Positions 25,334-38,912 of a stretch of DNA of 64,000 nucleotides are shown piece by piece. The notes beneath the pieces were generated by a model. It saw nothing but the letters and a program-made list of their open reading frames with translations, did not search any database and was not told where the DNA came from. A program made the translations under genes and the position numbers. Origin of the DNA: Lophium mytilinum (taxonomy: Eukaryota); contig MU004204.1 in assembly GCA_010093605.1 (NCBI GenBank), forward strand, positions 18,959 through 82,958, in the 5' to 3' direction. How positions within the stretch are numbered: position 1 is the stretch's first letter; every line of letters starts with the position of its first letter.

Positions 25334-26402
25334 TCAAGTAGTCATGTCAACGTCTCGCAAGATGCGCCCTAGTTGAAGATCATGGCGGTCCAAGAAGTAG
25401 CCCGTATCTCCATACGCAGTCACACACCAGTAGATAGCTTTCAATAAAAGTTCTATAGCCTTCTCTTTATGCCGGAACACATTCTGTGAGATTGTTGCCG
25501 CCTTCACCAACCTATATGTTGTTCTATGTATCAGCCGGGGCCTTGACATCGTTTCACTCGCCAGAAACTACTTACGCATCAACAAGCCTGATATCCATAA
25601 TCCGTTCGGCTTCAAGCAGATTGTAGTATTCGTTCACCATTGGGACGAACTGTTTCTGCTCAAGATCTGTGACGTTTGTCTGCCATGTGCCGGCCCTGTA
25701 ATGTCGCCAGGCTGTGTCGATGGCGGTATCCAGGACCTGGAGCTGCGTCCTCCTATTGTCTGAATCTGCAGTGTTGATAGCAGCAGTACACAAAGGACAG
25801 ACGCATTGAAAATTAAGTTCTTGAAGAATCAGAGGTGTTCTTGTGGCTGCGGGAAGGAATGTCATGTCGCAGTCGTACTCGATGAGAATCTCTTGCCCAT
25901 GAGGGATTTGCTGAGTAGCGTGCACAGTTGCCAGTCCCCGCTCCGAGTCCCAAGCAAATACGGCATTCGGCAAGCAAGAGTGGTTTATCATAGAGATTTC
26001 TTCGAAGACGAGGAGCGAGGTAACATTTCGCTGCAATGGCGTAGGATTTTCTCCGAGCGTATAGCGACTCTCTTCTGAGAAGGCATTCGCGAAAAACTTC
26101 TGCTGGACAGTCGCACCTGGACCGGTTGGGTGCAGACCAAGAAAGGCAATCTGCTGAGCTGGCGTCAGACCGTCGAACTTCCGCTGAATTTTCGGTCGGG
26201 TGGTAGGCCTTTTCATCCATGTGTTAAAATCGAAATTACGAATCAAGACTCCCACCCTCATGTGGACCAACGGTGCCTCGCTTATGATGGCTTCGCCAAT
26301 ATCAATACTCGCCCCAAGTCTGTTTGCTACCATGCACTGCTGGCCTGGTATGCTGGCAGCAGGTCCTATGTTGTAGAGCCGTGGTGGCTGCACGTTCGCC
26401 AT
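25334..26402 (-). CDS. SET-domain lysine methyltransferase (Set5/SMYD-like), 2 exons
   Basis: INHSCLPNA, GQEILIEY and post-SET FQCVCPLC. Intron 25,512-25,575 (GTAAGT...ATAG) joins in frame. Confidence 0.85.
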
Positions 26403-27156
26403 GATGAGACCGACTAATCCGACCGTGATGATAGCGCATGATCCGAGCGGTGGAAGCGGCGTATAAAACCAGCACGATTGAAAGGAGCGATCTCATTTGC
26501 TACTCTAGAAAGCCCTCAAAGATTCCTGAGATAAATGTCTCAAACGGACAACATGCTAAAGAAAGATAGACTAGGCGCCGATACTACTAGAAGCGTATCT
26601 AGTCACCGAGAAGGGTAGACGTCACGGAGGAGAAGCGCAGGGAAATAAGCCTTTGGAAGAAGAGGGGATATCGACAGGTATGGAATCTGGGATTATCCTC
26701 ATTACTTGTCGTAAATGCACATACCTACATATGCAGGTAGAATCACCGAGACGTCGAAATGGAAGCATACACTAAAATGGCAACCCAACGCAAGCCATGG
26801 ATCAAAGCGCAAGTTAGCGCATCACAAGATGTTAGTAGAAGTGATGCGTGCATGATGGGTGGGATTGAAAGGAGAATATTGAGGATGGTGATAGAGGTCT
26901 GGTAACAATCAGGGAAAGTTGAGACGATGAAAGAAGATTACCCGAAGTCACGTGTCAAACACCAGACAAGAAATATTCTAGGAAATGCAAATCGTGTCTA
27001 TTACATGCATCGCGCTTCATGAGAGACATGAAGGCAAATCATCCGAGCAGCCGCTGCATAACTCAATACTACGATAACCCGATAGCTGGCCCTATTCCAT
27101 CCCATGCCCCCACAAACCACACACCGGTCGAAAGCTGTGCCATGAATCAGAACGCT

Positions 27157-29375
27157 CTAGTGCTCCAGCAGCCTCAAGCTACCCTGGACGACCACGTTCT
27201 CCAAGATGGATCCCGGGGGAATGTCGATGGTGCTGCCTTCCGTCGCAACAATGATGACCGTGCCCTTCAATGTGACGCCTCGCCCTAGGTTGACGGCACC
27301 GGTAATGGTCAGATGGTCCAGCTCCACAATCTTGGGAATGCTGGGGATTCGTGACTGGAAGCTGGAGACCTTCTTGAAGTCGCTTCCCAGCTTGATGAGT
27401 GGCGCAGGGCCGAATCGGTTGGGGTCGATCACAAGCTGGCCGTGTTGGAGCGTGTAGAGATCCGACTTGACGAGCATGAGATCGGAGCAGGTCTTCACGG
27501 GCAAGAAACGCTTGCGGGGAACATTGACACCGTGGGCGTTACCGAAGTGACGAATAGCAGCTCCGACAGCGGTCTCAAGCTGAAGGACGGAAAGATCGGC
27601 CTCGCCCTTCTTGTCGGCGGGAATCGACTTTCCATTGGGAATGATCTCCATGGCGAGCTCGTTGTTCTCCACAACGCGCTTTACAGCCTTGAGGTTCATC
27701 CAGATGTTGTTGGTGTTAAAGTACTTGAACTTCTTGATCGACTTGAACTCGTTGACGTGCTCCTTGGGGACCTGAGCAATTTCAAGAAGACGGACCGAGC
27801 CCTCGTAGTCAATGATGGTACCACCCTTGACGTCGGCCTTGGTCTTGTCGGTCAACTCCATGATGTATTCCGACTTGGTGTCCACCATGTGTTGCAGAAT
27901 GCGGAGATCGACAACAGCGCCCAGGTTGTCGGCGTTGGACAAGAAGATGATCTCAATGCCCCTGTCGATGAGCTTGTCCAAAATGCCGGAGTTGTACAGG
28001 GACTCGAATACGTCACCGTGCCCTGGAGGGTACCAGTTGGCGATATCGGAATCCGAGGACTTGGGTGCGGGGAGAAGCGAGTCCTTGAGGATACGCGGGT
28101 ATTTCGACTGGTTGAAAGTCATGATGTCGATGTTGTGGCCCTCGTATTTCTTGATGATGTTGGCGGTGTCGACATCGGTGTTGAACGAGTTCATGAGCAC
28201 AAATGGCACATTGACGTCGTATGTCCGGTTGAGATACTCGATCTGCCTGACCGACAGGTCCAGAAATGACATGCCGTCACGGACCTCGATCACAGACTTG
28301 GGACCGACGCAACCCATAGATGTACCCAGACCACCGTTTAGCTTGACAACAGCTAGCTTGTTGAGGTATTCGACCGAGTCAGAGTTAGCCAGGTCGGCAT
28401 AGTTGACAACCTGTTCTGCCTTCGGGGGAGCAATTCGCGACCACTCGATGGCGTTGCCCTTGGCCTTGTCGTTTAGGTACCTCCGGAAAAGCGCGAAGAA
28501 GTTGTCCATTTCGGTTTCGAACCTCTGCCAGGCGTGTCAGCGTGTGCGGAAGCTTGAGAATGGGGGTATTTACCTGCTTCTCCTTCGGGTCTTTCACGGT
28601 ATCGGCAAGCTGGTTGAGGGCATTGCGCATTTGAGAGGCAGCGACATTTGTGGAGGTGTTCTCGAAAGCCTGGGGGCGTCGGAGACTTTTGTTAGCTACG
28701 TTTCTGGGAAGTTGAGCCATCAAGCGGACATGGGACATCATGAAAGAAGGCCTGAAATTGGAACGTAGGTGGTCTCTTGCAGAGGCGTGATCTGTCGTAC
28801 GGCCATGTGGTGGTTTGACACAGTGCTAGCTGCCCGAATGTTCGACCATGACGACACGGTGGTGGTGAATGTGCAATGGCAGTTACGGCCAAGGGGCGTG
28901 GTGTTGAGCAAGAGCGTGGTACAGAGGCCATGGGTGACCTCATTCACCGATGCTCGTTGCCCAAGGTTGAAAATTGTGAGCGGCCTCTGCTCCCGCATCG
29001 TTCTTGACACGTTGAGTGTCTCCAGCGCTGTTGAGGCACAGCAGCACTAGCCTGGCATTTGCTATCGCTGGCGGACAGTGGCAGCTTCCAGAAGGAGCGC
29101 AAAGATTCTTCTCGTCTGAAGTGGCAGATTGATGCATTCCCGCGGGCCCACCCAAGGCGGTCAGGCCCGACAAGAGACCAGCAGGTGTGGTACGGCATCC
29201 TCCAGTTCCAAGGTTCGTCGAGGGCAGAAAAGGTCGGGTGGGTAGGCGGAAAATGGGATCAACTCACCACATGCGATTGGGACTTTCCGTGGTGCCTGCC
29301 GGCAAAGCCAGCAGCATCGCCGTTTCCGCCAGCGGCAGCGGGCTTCAGGTGGGAAGGGATCGCGCGAGAAGCCAT
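27157..29375 (-). CDS. UGP1: UTP--glucose-1-phosphate uridylyltransferase
   Basis: [30 protein letters not shown]. Exon 1 (29,268-29,375, [10 protein letters not shown]...HGKSQSHV) splices in phase to [19 protein letters not shown] at 28,669; a further intron lies at ~28,524-28,572. Confidence 0.97.
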
Positions 29376-30751
29376 TTTTGTTCGTGTTGTGAGGTTGTTG
29401 GTCGTGGGCGAGTGCGGTCTGCGGGGTGAAAAGTGCGGAGGTTAGCACATGTAGCTGTGACGACAGCGGACAGGGGAGACGGCTGGAGAGCTCACCAGAG
29501 CGTGCTTGGCCAGACAATGGAGCCTCTAGTCTGTGCTGCAGACGGCGGCGGCTTACTCGACGAGGGGATCCCGGTGGCGGCTGCGCGAGGCAAGGTACGG
29601 TGGCAGTTGGTGGTGGCAACAGCTCGGGAGAGAGAAGATGTGTAGAGCAAGTGCAAGAGACGTTGGAGGGAAGCAGGAGAGGCAATGCTGCAAGCAGCGG
29701 TGGGCGAGCAGCTTTTATGAAGCCGCTGTCGTTGGAGCAACCCGTCAACAGCATGGCGGCATCCACGCACATGTTGGGCAAGAGCCACCCGGCGCGCCCC
29801 AGCTGAGACTGCTTTATCGCTTTCGGCGCCATGCCCGCACGTCCTCTGCTGGGTGTGCACACCGTCCTTCCCCAGAGGCCGATCTCTGGGAGGGTTTGGT
29901 CATATCATTGCCCAAGAGAGTGTCGCATCCACGCAGCTTCGTCCAATTGACCCGCCGCGGTCAAAATTTGGCCCCAATTCCTCCCGTGTGCCCCTCACAG
30001 CGTGGGCGGCGACATCGTCAACCTCTGCAAAAATTATCGCAACAGTATTGAGCGCGGGCCAGGTCCATGCAGCCCGCGGCGGCGGGGCTTGCCGCTTGGA
30101 CCGCTCGGGGGTTAGACGCTGGCTGGACTTGCAGCGGCGGCATATCCGTTGATGATAGATCGCCAGCCACGGCTCAACAAGGTGTTCTAAGATCATCAAG
30201 AGCACGGAAAAGCTCAACACCACGAGCATTTCCAGCACCGCTCGTGTGGTCTCTTCCGGCACTCTGCAGCGAACCCTGGCTTGATATGCCGAACTCGTGC
30301 TACAAAGGACCCGTGCTCTGAGCTCTCGGGACTGCTCTAGTTCGGGAAATTGGCGACAGCGCCACTATTTATATTGATGCTGCAGCAACGCCTGTGGCGC
30401 CTATTGCTTTCGAGACATGCACCTCCCACGCAGTGTTCCAGCGCACGTGGGGGTCTCTCAACTCGCCTTGCTCCAGACCTCCAGACCACTTCCTCAGCCC
30501 TGCAGCCACCAAAACAGACGCCATCTTCAACACCATTGCCATATCCCAGACAGAGCTGACAGTTGACGACGTTTCCAATCTCCGACCTCCTGAATCTGTC
30601 CGACCTGGCTGATATGGCGTTCGCCATCGTTCCGTTGCCGCTGGAAACCCCTGAGTGTTGATAACGACTGACGCTGGATTAAGCTCAGCGCTACCGTTTG
30701 ATACCGTGGCAGTAATGCAGGTTCAGCTTTCCGCAACTTGTCCCGCCAGCC

Positions 30752-31613
30752 TCATGAGCCACCGCTTCCCGCCCGGTATATTTCGATAGAAGGCGCATCT
30801 GCAAACGGAACTGCCATGGGCTTCTCAAGCCGTAGCCTGATATCGGCTCCTTCGTCAACCGGGTACATCTCTTTCCTCAAGTCTGCAACCACTTGTGTTG
30901 CGAGGGATTCAAGCGTCTCAAAAGAGGATGACTCGATAGTCTGGAACCCAGGTGAGATTAGTTGCCATTTAGCATAGTCTAAGAGGAGGACGTACTTGTA
31001 CTAGTAGCTTCTCTACATAGTTATAAGCATCAGCATCCTTTCCAAGATTATTCTCAATCCAGAGGTTGGCAACGACCGGCTGCTTGGCCTGTCTCTCGTT
31101 ACTGTTCACCCCTATGAGGCACAGTACGCGGACATTCATCAGGTAAAGCGTAGTGACAAACCCCAGGTCTGTTGTCGAGTAGATCAAGCCGGCTCCATCA
31201 CCATGCATACACGCCTTAGGGTAACAAACGTCCAGCTCGCATCCAATCAAAGTACCAGAGGCTGCAATCGAGTATGCAGCGACGTTGAGCTCTTCGGCCA
31301 GTGCGAAAGTACCCTGCCAGTCTTTACTGTTCTCGATGACTGCCTGCAGGGACTTGCTCAGTATGCCGTAGTGAACCGTGCTGTTGTCGACAGCATCGGT
31401 CTGTGCCGCCTGATCAAATGTATGCGCTAAGAAAACTGCCACTGACAGTAGAACCGGTTGCCGTTTCTGCCGGCCCCAGACATCGAATCCCGAGTTAGAC
31501 GTGACTGAAAGATTTCGCACCGAAATCTTATCTGCGTTCTCAACGGTAGACTTCCATTCTCTGAGGCTGATACTACGAGCGAGACGATGTACGGAGGCAG
31601 AGTCTAATTCCAT
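30752..31613 (-). CDS. Dihydroneopterin aldolase-like protein (tandem FolB-type domains), 2 exons
   Basis: D.WGR.KRQPV..S, STVHYGILSK, IGVNSNERQAKQPVV. Exon 2 reads TIESSSFETLESLA...RLEKPMAVPFA. Intron begins at 30,995 (GTACGT). Confidence 0.82.
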
Positions 31614-31983
31614 GTTTGTGGAGCGAACGCCCTTTTCGGGTACTGAAGGGCAATCGAACCGGCCTCGCAACTTGGTCAAGCCTTAGCAATTGAAAAGATC
31701 CCGGGGTCGATTGACAGCTTGCTGGAATGAATAGCAAACAGCTAGAATGCTTTTGTTGAATTAAGTGGGGTATGATCGCACTTTTTTCTGGCCAGAAGTC
31801 GGTTACGAAGAGAGCAGATAGAGGAGATAGATACTCGATCAGCAGTGAGAGCACCGAGCGTACCAATGACAGGTGCTTACTGTATCAAGGATATTTCCGC
31901 AAGGTGTGGAGGAGAGATGCCTCTGCCCTTCAGCCCTACGCCGAACCGCGAGATATCTTGGCACTGGCCCGTGCAGAGAGCTG

Positions 31984-31998
31984 AGAAGGCTCGAGAAA
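31984..31998 (+). promoter_or_regulatory. Imperfect heat-shock element upstream of STI1
   Basis: aGAAg-gCTCg-aGAAa matches nGAAn-nTTCn-nGAAn with one mismatch, ~105 bp before the STI1 ATG. STI1 is a known Hsf1 target in yeast. Confidence 0.45.
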
Positions 31999-32102
31999 GC
32001 CAGCGTCTTGAGCACCACCATTTATTTCTTCCCACCCTCCCTACCTTCGCAGACGCCTTGTAAATACCAGAGCTGTACCGAAGCAAAATCCACCAACTCA
32101 CC

Positions 32103-34064
32103 ATGGCCGACGCTCTAAAAGCCGAGGGCAACAAGCTCTTCGCCGAGAAAAAGTTCAAGGAGTCCATGTAACTTCCCCACATTCACGCCCGCCTCGCCCG
32201 AGCACACCAGCTAACGGGCACAGTGAGAAGTTCACACAAGCCATCGAGATCGAGCCCTCAAATCACGTCCTCTACTCGAACCGCTCTGGCGCATATGCTT
32301 CGCTCAAGGACTTCGATAGCGCCCTCGAGGATGCGAGTAAGGTGACCGAGATCAAGGCAGACTGGCCCAAGGGCTGGGGTCGCAAGGGCACGGCGCTTCA
32401 TGGGCAGGGGGATCTTGGTGAGATACAAAACTCTCATGGACACACTAGTACCTGCGACTAACAGGAAGCAGTCGGTGCACAAGATGCCTACGAAGAGGCG
32501 CTAAAGCTGGACCCGAACAACGCTCAAGCCAAATCTGGCCTCGATGCCGTTAAGCGTGCTATCGATGCGGAAGCCAGAGCAGATGGCATTGGCGGAGATC
32601 CCACCGGAGGACTAGGAAACATGTTCAACGACCCACAACTTATCCAGAAGCTTGCAGCCAACCCCAAGACCAGCGGACTCCTCGCGGATCATTCGTTCAT
32701 GGACAAACTTCAACGACTGAAGGCGAATCCTAACAGCATTGGAGAGGAGATGAGGGACCCGCGGTTCTTGCAAGTCATGAGTGTGCTTCTGGGAATAGAC
32801 ATGTCGTTTGGTGCGCCACCCGGAGGGGACGATGCGCCGTCGGCAGGACGGGCTGCAGAGGTGGAAGAGGATGTACCGATGCCAGATGCAAAGCCTGAGC
32901 CCAAGAAGGCACCAGAGCCTGAACCGGAACCGGAACCAGAAGATGAGGAGGCCATTGCGGCGAAGGCGGCGAAGGCAAAGGCCGATGAAGAGAAGAAGTT
33001 GGGTACGGAGAACTATAAGAAGCGAAACTTTGATGCTGCAATAGAGCATTATTCCACTGCTTGGTCTCTGCACAAGGACATCACCTACCTCACCAACCTC
33101 GGAGCAGCCAAGTTCGAGAAGGGCGATTACCAAGGAGCGATCGAAGCATGCGAACAGGCAATAGAATACGGCAGGGAGGTCCTCACCGATTTCAAGATAA
33201 TCGCGAAGTATGTACACTCATCTATTTAATTACTCCTTCAATGCTAACATCATACAGAGCATTCGGCCGCATCGGTTCCGCATACGAAAAGCTCGGCGAC
33301 CTCCCCAACGCCATCATCAACTACCAGAAATCGCTCACAGAACACCGAACCCCCGACATCCTCACCAAGCTCCGAACAGCCGAGAAAACTAGAATCACCA
33401 GAGAAAAGGAAGCCTACATCAACCCCGAGGAAGCAGAAAAGACCCGCGAGCTCGGCAACGCCAAGTTCAAGGCCGCCGACTGGCCCGCTGCCGTCGAAGC
33501 CTACTCTGAAATGATCAAGCGCGCGCCCGATGACCCGCGCGGCTACTCGAACCGCGCCGCTTGCTTCATCAAGCTGCTTGGTTTCCCGAGCGCAGTGACA
33601 GACTGCGACGAAGCCATCAAGCGTGATCCTAGCTTCATCCGTGCGTATATCCGCAAGGCGCAGGCGTACTTTGCGATGCGGGAGTACAGTAGGTGTATTG
33701 ATGTGTGCACCGAGGCGACGGAGCACGATGTTGATGGCAAGAATGCTCGCGAGATCGAGCAGCAGCAGCAGAAGGCGCTGCAGGCGCAATACTCGGCGAG
33801 GGACGGTGAGACGGAGCAGGAGACGATGGAGCGGATTCAGCGGGATCCTGAGGTACGTGACTAGTCTCTGATGTCAGCTCCGTATAGGACACACACTAAC
33901 TACTTATGCAGATCGTGAGCATCCTCCAAGACCCAGTCATGCAGAGCATCCTCCAGCAAGCCAAGGAAGACCCCGCTGCTCTGCAGGATCATCTCAAGAA
34001 CGCCGACATCCGCAAGAAAGTTCAGAAACTTGTCGCTGCGGGTGTCATCCGCATGGGTAGATGA
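32103..34064 (+). CDS. STI1: Hsp70/Hsp90 co-chaperone Sti1/Hop (TPR and DP domains), 5 exons
   Basis: MADALKAEGNK, HVLYSNRS, TPR repeats, YQKSLTEHRTPD, DPVMQSILQQ; GT-AG introns. Confidence 0.97.
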
Positions 34065-36857
34065 GATAGGTAGGGGAAGTAGGGGACGTAGAGAGCGAGG
34101 TAGTCAAGGGGCGCGGTATCTGCTCAAATCTGGATCATACTCTCCATTAGGCTTTCCCTCAGGGCTGCGCCGAGGTGAATTGACGATTTGTTTCGAAAGA
34201 AGCTTGCACAGTATACATCCTCTTCAAACCTACGCTCTTTCATGAATTTTCAGGATTCGGGCGTGGCGTGCATAGCGAACTGTAGGTAGCAAAGTGACTC
34301 GTTTGCTTGCTTTTCACTTACGTGTATCAATCAAATGACAATCTTGTTCTCTCTCTCACGAAGAAGCTTCTTCCTGCGCGCTGCGTATCCCATTATGTCC
34401 ATCGTGTCCCGAAACGTCTTTACAGTACTAGGAGGTAGGGTCCTGCACAAGCTGGTGTACTCCTTTTGACCCCTCAACGTTCCTGTTTCTCCCCAAGAAC
34501 AAGAAGAGTATATAACGGCTCTAATTCTCGCTCTCTTGGTGCTTATATCGCATCTGAGCTCCTAAGAATGTGCTAAGGTGCCCCAGACGGTAGCGAGATA
34601 AGTGCACAAATGCGCTATACAGGCCTGAGATCCGTGCATCCTCTCGACCATGATCCACTGCTGGGGAGTCACGCTCTCGTGGGCCGCACGTGGCACACGT
34701 GACCCTCTTCATTCCCGCTACCTATAAAACTTCCACTGAGAGCTGAGGACGTAGCCTTCTTCAGACAGGCGCTTGTGTTCGGGGGTTCGAAAAGTGCTTA
34801 GGGAAGACACCACATGGGGGAGGTGTCGTGGGCGGCTTGTTCGAAACCATCACGAGAATGTACCATGGCTTTGTGGGGGGGGGAAGGGATTAACACGGAA
34901 CGATTCATCTTCTAATGGTTCTCTGGGAAGAAGGAGAGGAGGCATCAAAACCATTGGGAAGACAAAGGCATAGGTGCGGTGTGTGGACTGTGGTAGGAAT
35001 CAATACTGTGAGATGATAGGCTTCATGGGGGAAGGGAAAGGGCAAACCCTCATCGTCATTCAACAGCATGGGCGCGGTGCGTGGACTGGACTGGTGGGGC
35101 TTCATCTGAGCGATGATGATGGCCAGCAGAATTATACACGTGGGATATGGATGAGGTATAAACACCGCCTCTCACAGTTCTTAAGCTACGCTGACTACCA
35201 TCGTTGATCTAGAGAGGTGGACAGCATGACCGGGCTACTCTTGGCCGACACTCTCCACCGCCATTGTGTAGATTTGGGGGTTTGTTTTGCACACACCACA
35301 CACTCCCCGCATCAGAGTTCGGAACACGCAATGTTTGCAACACCCTCTCCGGACACGATCCTCCACATGGAGTACTCCTGTTTCAGATATTTAAACACAC
35401 CACCCACTCCCATGAAAGGGTGGTTGACTCAGTTTTGCGTCCCCGTTGCGGAATTCCATGCTGCGGGTTGGAAGTCCACTGCGCGTTGGCTTTTATACAA
35501 AGGGTAGGAAAGGTCAGAGGCGATGACTCAGCTGTGTCACGGGGATTTGAGTGAGGGATGGTGGTCTGCGGAGCTGTCTAGAAGGAAAAGCCGTCTTCTT
35601 TCTTCCTATTACTAGGAGACGTTATGGGAGTCCTGCATGAAGGCATGCATCGGCATCACGTAACTGTCTAGCTGCCTTTCTTTAGGCGGGTATAAGACCT
35701 TCCAATCTCGGTAGACTGGCTCAGGGTAAGCGATAGTTCGAGAGATTTTGGGGGGAACATAGGTCCTTGCAAGTCTCAAGAGGAGGGGGATGCGATTATT
35801 TGGTCCAAGGTGACTGCTTAAGCTTGAAGGGGCGGAGGAAGGACGGCTAGGAGATAAAAAGGCTCGGCAGCCACCTATATGGTCATTGACTGGTAGGGGC
35901 TAGTGATGGCCGGGCGCTCAGAGTTGAGATGATGGTCGAGGTTGAATTCGGAAGGGGATGCTGATTGCAGCTGCGCAGGAAAGATTGCGCTCACCACTCT
36001 CGTGAGCCGTTAGTCCCGCTCCGAGAGACCCTCCCCATTGGATTCTAGGAAGTGCAATCTCCAAAAGATGACGACTCCCCATGGTTTCAGGGACCTTCGG
36101 TTTTTGCATTCTATTCAGATTCGTTTTGCCACCCTCCAACCTGTCGATGTTGCTATAGGTTGAGACCGCTCATTTATAGGAGAACGAGAAGACATGGCAC
36201 TCAGATCAGCTGACCTCTTTTCATCTAGGTGCAATCGGGGACTTCGAGACCTCCCAGTACCTCGCGACAACGTCTCCGTTCATTCGAGATCATCTCAGGG
36301 CCGTGTTGCGGTTTCAATCGATCGGTCTGTTGTAGAGCGTGTATAACATGATCTCGCCTCTGCCAAAACCTACGCTACCTCGAGCTCATCCAGTGCATAA
36401 TCGTTGTCGGTAGCGCGAAGGAGTAGATGCTTTCGATGCAGAGCAACCATCTCTTTGTAGCCACTCTAGCGTGCTGTAGCGATACTGAAATCATCGATCT
36501 AGTCCAGAGCGTGCGGAATGTGACAGCGATTATACTAGAACTCAGCATGTCAATAAGCTTCAAACAGCATATCACGATCTATGGTGTGAACGAGTTGGAG
36601 TTGCAGGTCCGGAAGCCCAGAACGTGGTGGGAAAATAGAGGTGAAGCTGAACACCAGTTTTTGGACTGGCCATAGATTGAATTGATGAAAGCAAAGAATA
36701 TCAAACCAACCCTGCTTTTTTGGATGGAGAATTGGATGAATTGAAAGATGCATAGCACGGCAAATCTCAACGCCAACTTTTGGGGGCTCGGTAAAGGATA
36801 GGAAAGAAGAGAAGATCAGAAAATGCACCCGCACAACGCCAACCAGAGATTCGCAGT

Positions 36858-37075
36858 GCATGGCAAGGGTGGGCGAGGTAAACTTTACCTCGCCCACCCC
36901 ATGCGCCCCAAATTCCAGGCCTTTCCCAAAAACGGAGAGAAAAATCATCAGAAGGAGATATGACTAAGGTCGGGTACATGGCAGGGCCGGACCAGGTAAA
37001 ATTTACGAGGTCCGCTCCATGGGCCGGGCCCATGAAGTGGACATGGTATGCCCCAGATTCCACGCCTCTCACAGA
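36858..37075. repeat. Two diverged direct repeats, each a palindrome centred on GTAAA-N-TTTAC
   Basis: Perfect 16-bp arms at 36,867-36,882 and 36,884-36,899; 11/13 arms at 36,988-37,014; extra perfect 8-bp arms catgggcc-g-ggcccatg at 37,018-37,034. Confidence 0.85.
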
Positions 37076-37219
37076 GCAGAGAAGTAGAGCCTGTGAACAG
37101 CGTTAGTAAGGTTATAATAAACAAGTCTACTCTACTAAAGAATAAAAGGCATTTTCAAGGATAGACGCTCTCTAAGATCCCCAAAAGCGCTACCAAAAAT
37201 ACACGAGACGGTTAACTTA

Positions 37220-38001
37220 CTAGGCACTTTCTTCCCCATCCTGGGAGTCCCCATACACCGCCGCTATCTCTGCTTCCCGAAACCTCCTTTTCACCCATTT
37301 TAGGGCATCGTTGACGGAGTCTTTACTAGTAAAGTTGATGTTAAGCCTCTGCCATGCTTGCGGCGGGCTCTTCCCAACATGCAGAGTTAGGTACATCTCC
37401 GCAGTATTCCCGGCAGTGACGTCGTCCTGTCGAGCCATTGACCTGGTCTCTCTGGCCTTGCCACTTGGTTTGGCAATTAAGGTGGATGATGTAGTCGCTG
37501 GTCGGTTAAACATCATCCTTGAGGTGGAGTAGACTTTTCCGCTCCTTGTAGCTCCTGTTAAAGGTTTCTTGTGTTCTTTAGAAGGTGAGGTCTGGTGAAA
37601 TTCGCGCTTTTTAGGAGCTGCGTTCTAAGCTAGAGATTGCGAAATTATTAGTCTTGATACTAGGTGGGATAAACTGTTCTAATATTAAGATGGATGCTTG
37701 TGCTTGTATATATGAGGAGAAAGTTTATAGCAGATCTTAGAGTGAATGCGCAATAATAAAGTAAACTTTACGTACTCTTAGTTGTACCAACGCTCTTGTT
37801 TAGATGACGTCCGCTGCGCAAGGTCCGGACCGGTGTGGCTGAGTCGGAGTCTGTGTCTAGAGCTATAACTGTTTTCCTCTTGACGGGCAACTTTGTGCGT
37901 CTGGGCACGACGACAGGGTCTTCGTCTGAGTCGATCTGCTCTGGCTCCGAGGCTGTTGAACGGTCATCTTCACTGTAATCCGAGTCGGTCTCGTCCGCCA
38001 T
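37220..38001 (-). CDS. Orphan protein with acidic N-terminus and basic middle, probably 2 exons
   Basis: ORF 38,001-37,768 ends at a GTACGT donor. An open frame resumes at ~37,620 after a CTAAT branch site and runs to the stop at 37,220. The exact acceptor is uncertain. Confidence 0.5.
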
Positions 38002-38912
38002 CTTCTGTTGTTAGATGGAGTGGAAAGAGTTGGTGAAGGGCGACGGGGAAGGAAAGGTTGGTGAATGGAATGGAGATAGGAAAAGGATAGGCAGCTGAAC
38101 GGGAGTAGGCAGAGAGTATATATAGCGCTGATAGCGAGAAGTGAGGTGAAGTGGTTGAGGAAGTGAAGAAGTAAAGCAGCCGATCGGACCACGTGGTAGC
38201 CTGGCAGCAGACTTCACCGCCGTTGCTCATGAATCCATCTCACCCGTTGACAGCCTTAGAAAGAGCTGGAAAAGGTGGTTCCTTGTAGAGAGTTTGGAGA
38301 TCTCCTGAGCATTTGAATCCTCCGAGTGTTCTCAAGATTTGGCGTGAGATATTTATCGACACCATTTCGGACACCCATTCGCACCTCAGAGGAGCAAATA
38401 TTGCCCCAGAATGGCTGCCTGGGTTGAGATTCAGCCGGAACGAATAACTTGACTAAAAGTAGAGAGTCTAAGTTCTGAGAAACCTTGATACATCCCATCA
38501 GAGCTCTCATAAGAAGTAGAGACGTTGGAAGACTCAACGCCACCATATCCCCTGACGGAGACGTACTGACCAGATCATAAACACCAACTTACAATCTAGA
38601 CTAAGAAAAACGACCAAACGAGCCATTAATCTCCCTGTACCACCGTAAAGCTCAATTCTTAACCAATAGAGCAGTGATCGCATCGCAACGGCGCCCCGTG
38701 CACCCTACATTCTTTGTCCCCAAAACACATTCCACAACGCGCAAGTAGCCGCGGTCTCAGCAATTAAAACCCCCGATTCCCTTTGTTTGCATCCCTCGAA
38801 CTCCGTCTTCATTCTCTCCCGAACTTTCAAGAAATATATCCTAAGGCTTCGAGATCCAGCGTACCGCATCGTGAGAATCTCATCCCAAACCACTACACCA
38901 TCCCCAACCGCA

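Noticed and set aside
27442..28402. Plus-strand ORFs of 275 and 196 aa
   Set aside because: Antisense shadows of the codon-biased UGP1.
29161..30627. Many overlapping 70-230 aa ORFs
   Set aside because: GC-rich UGP1 leader and promoter; no motifs or coherent gene model.
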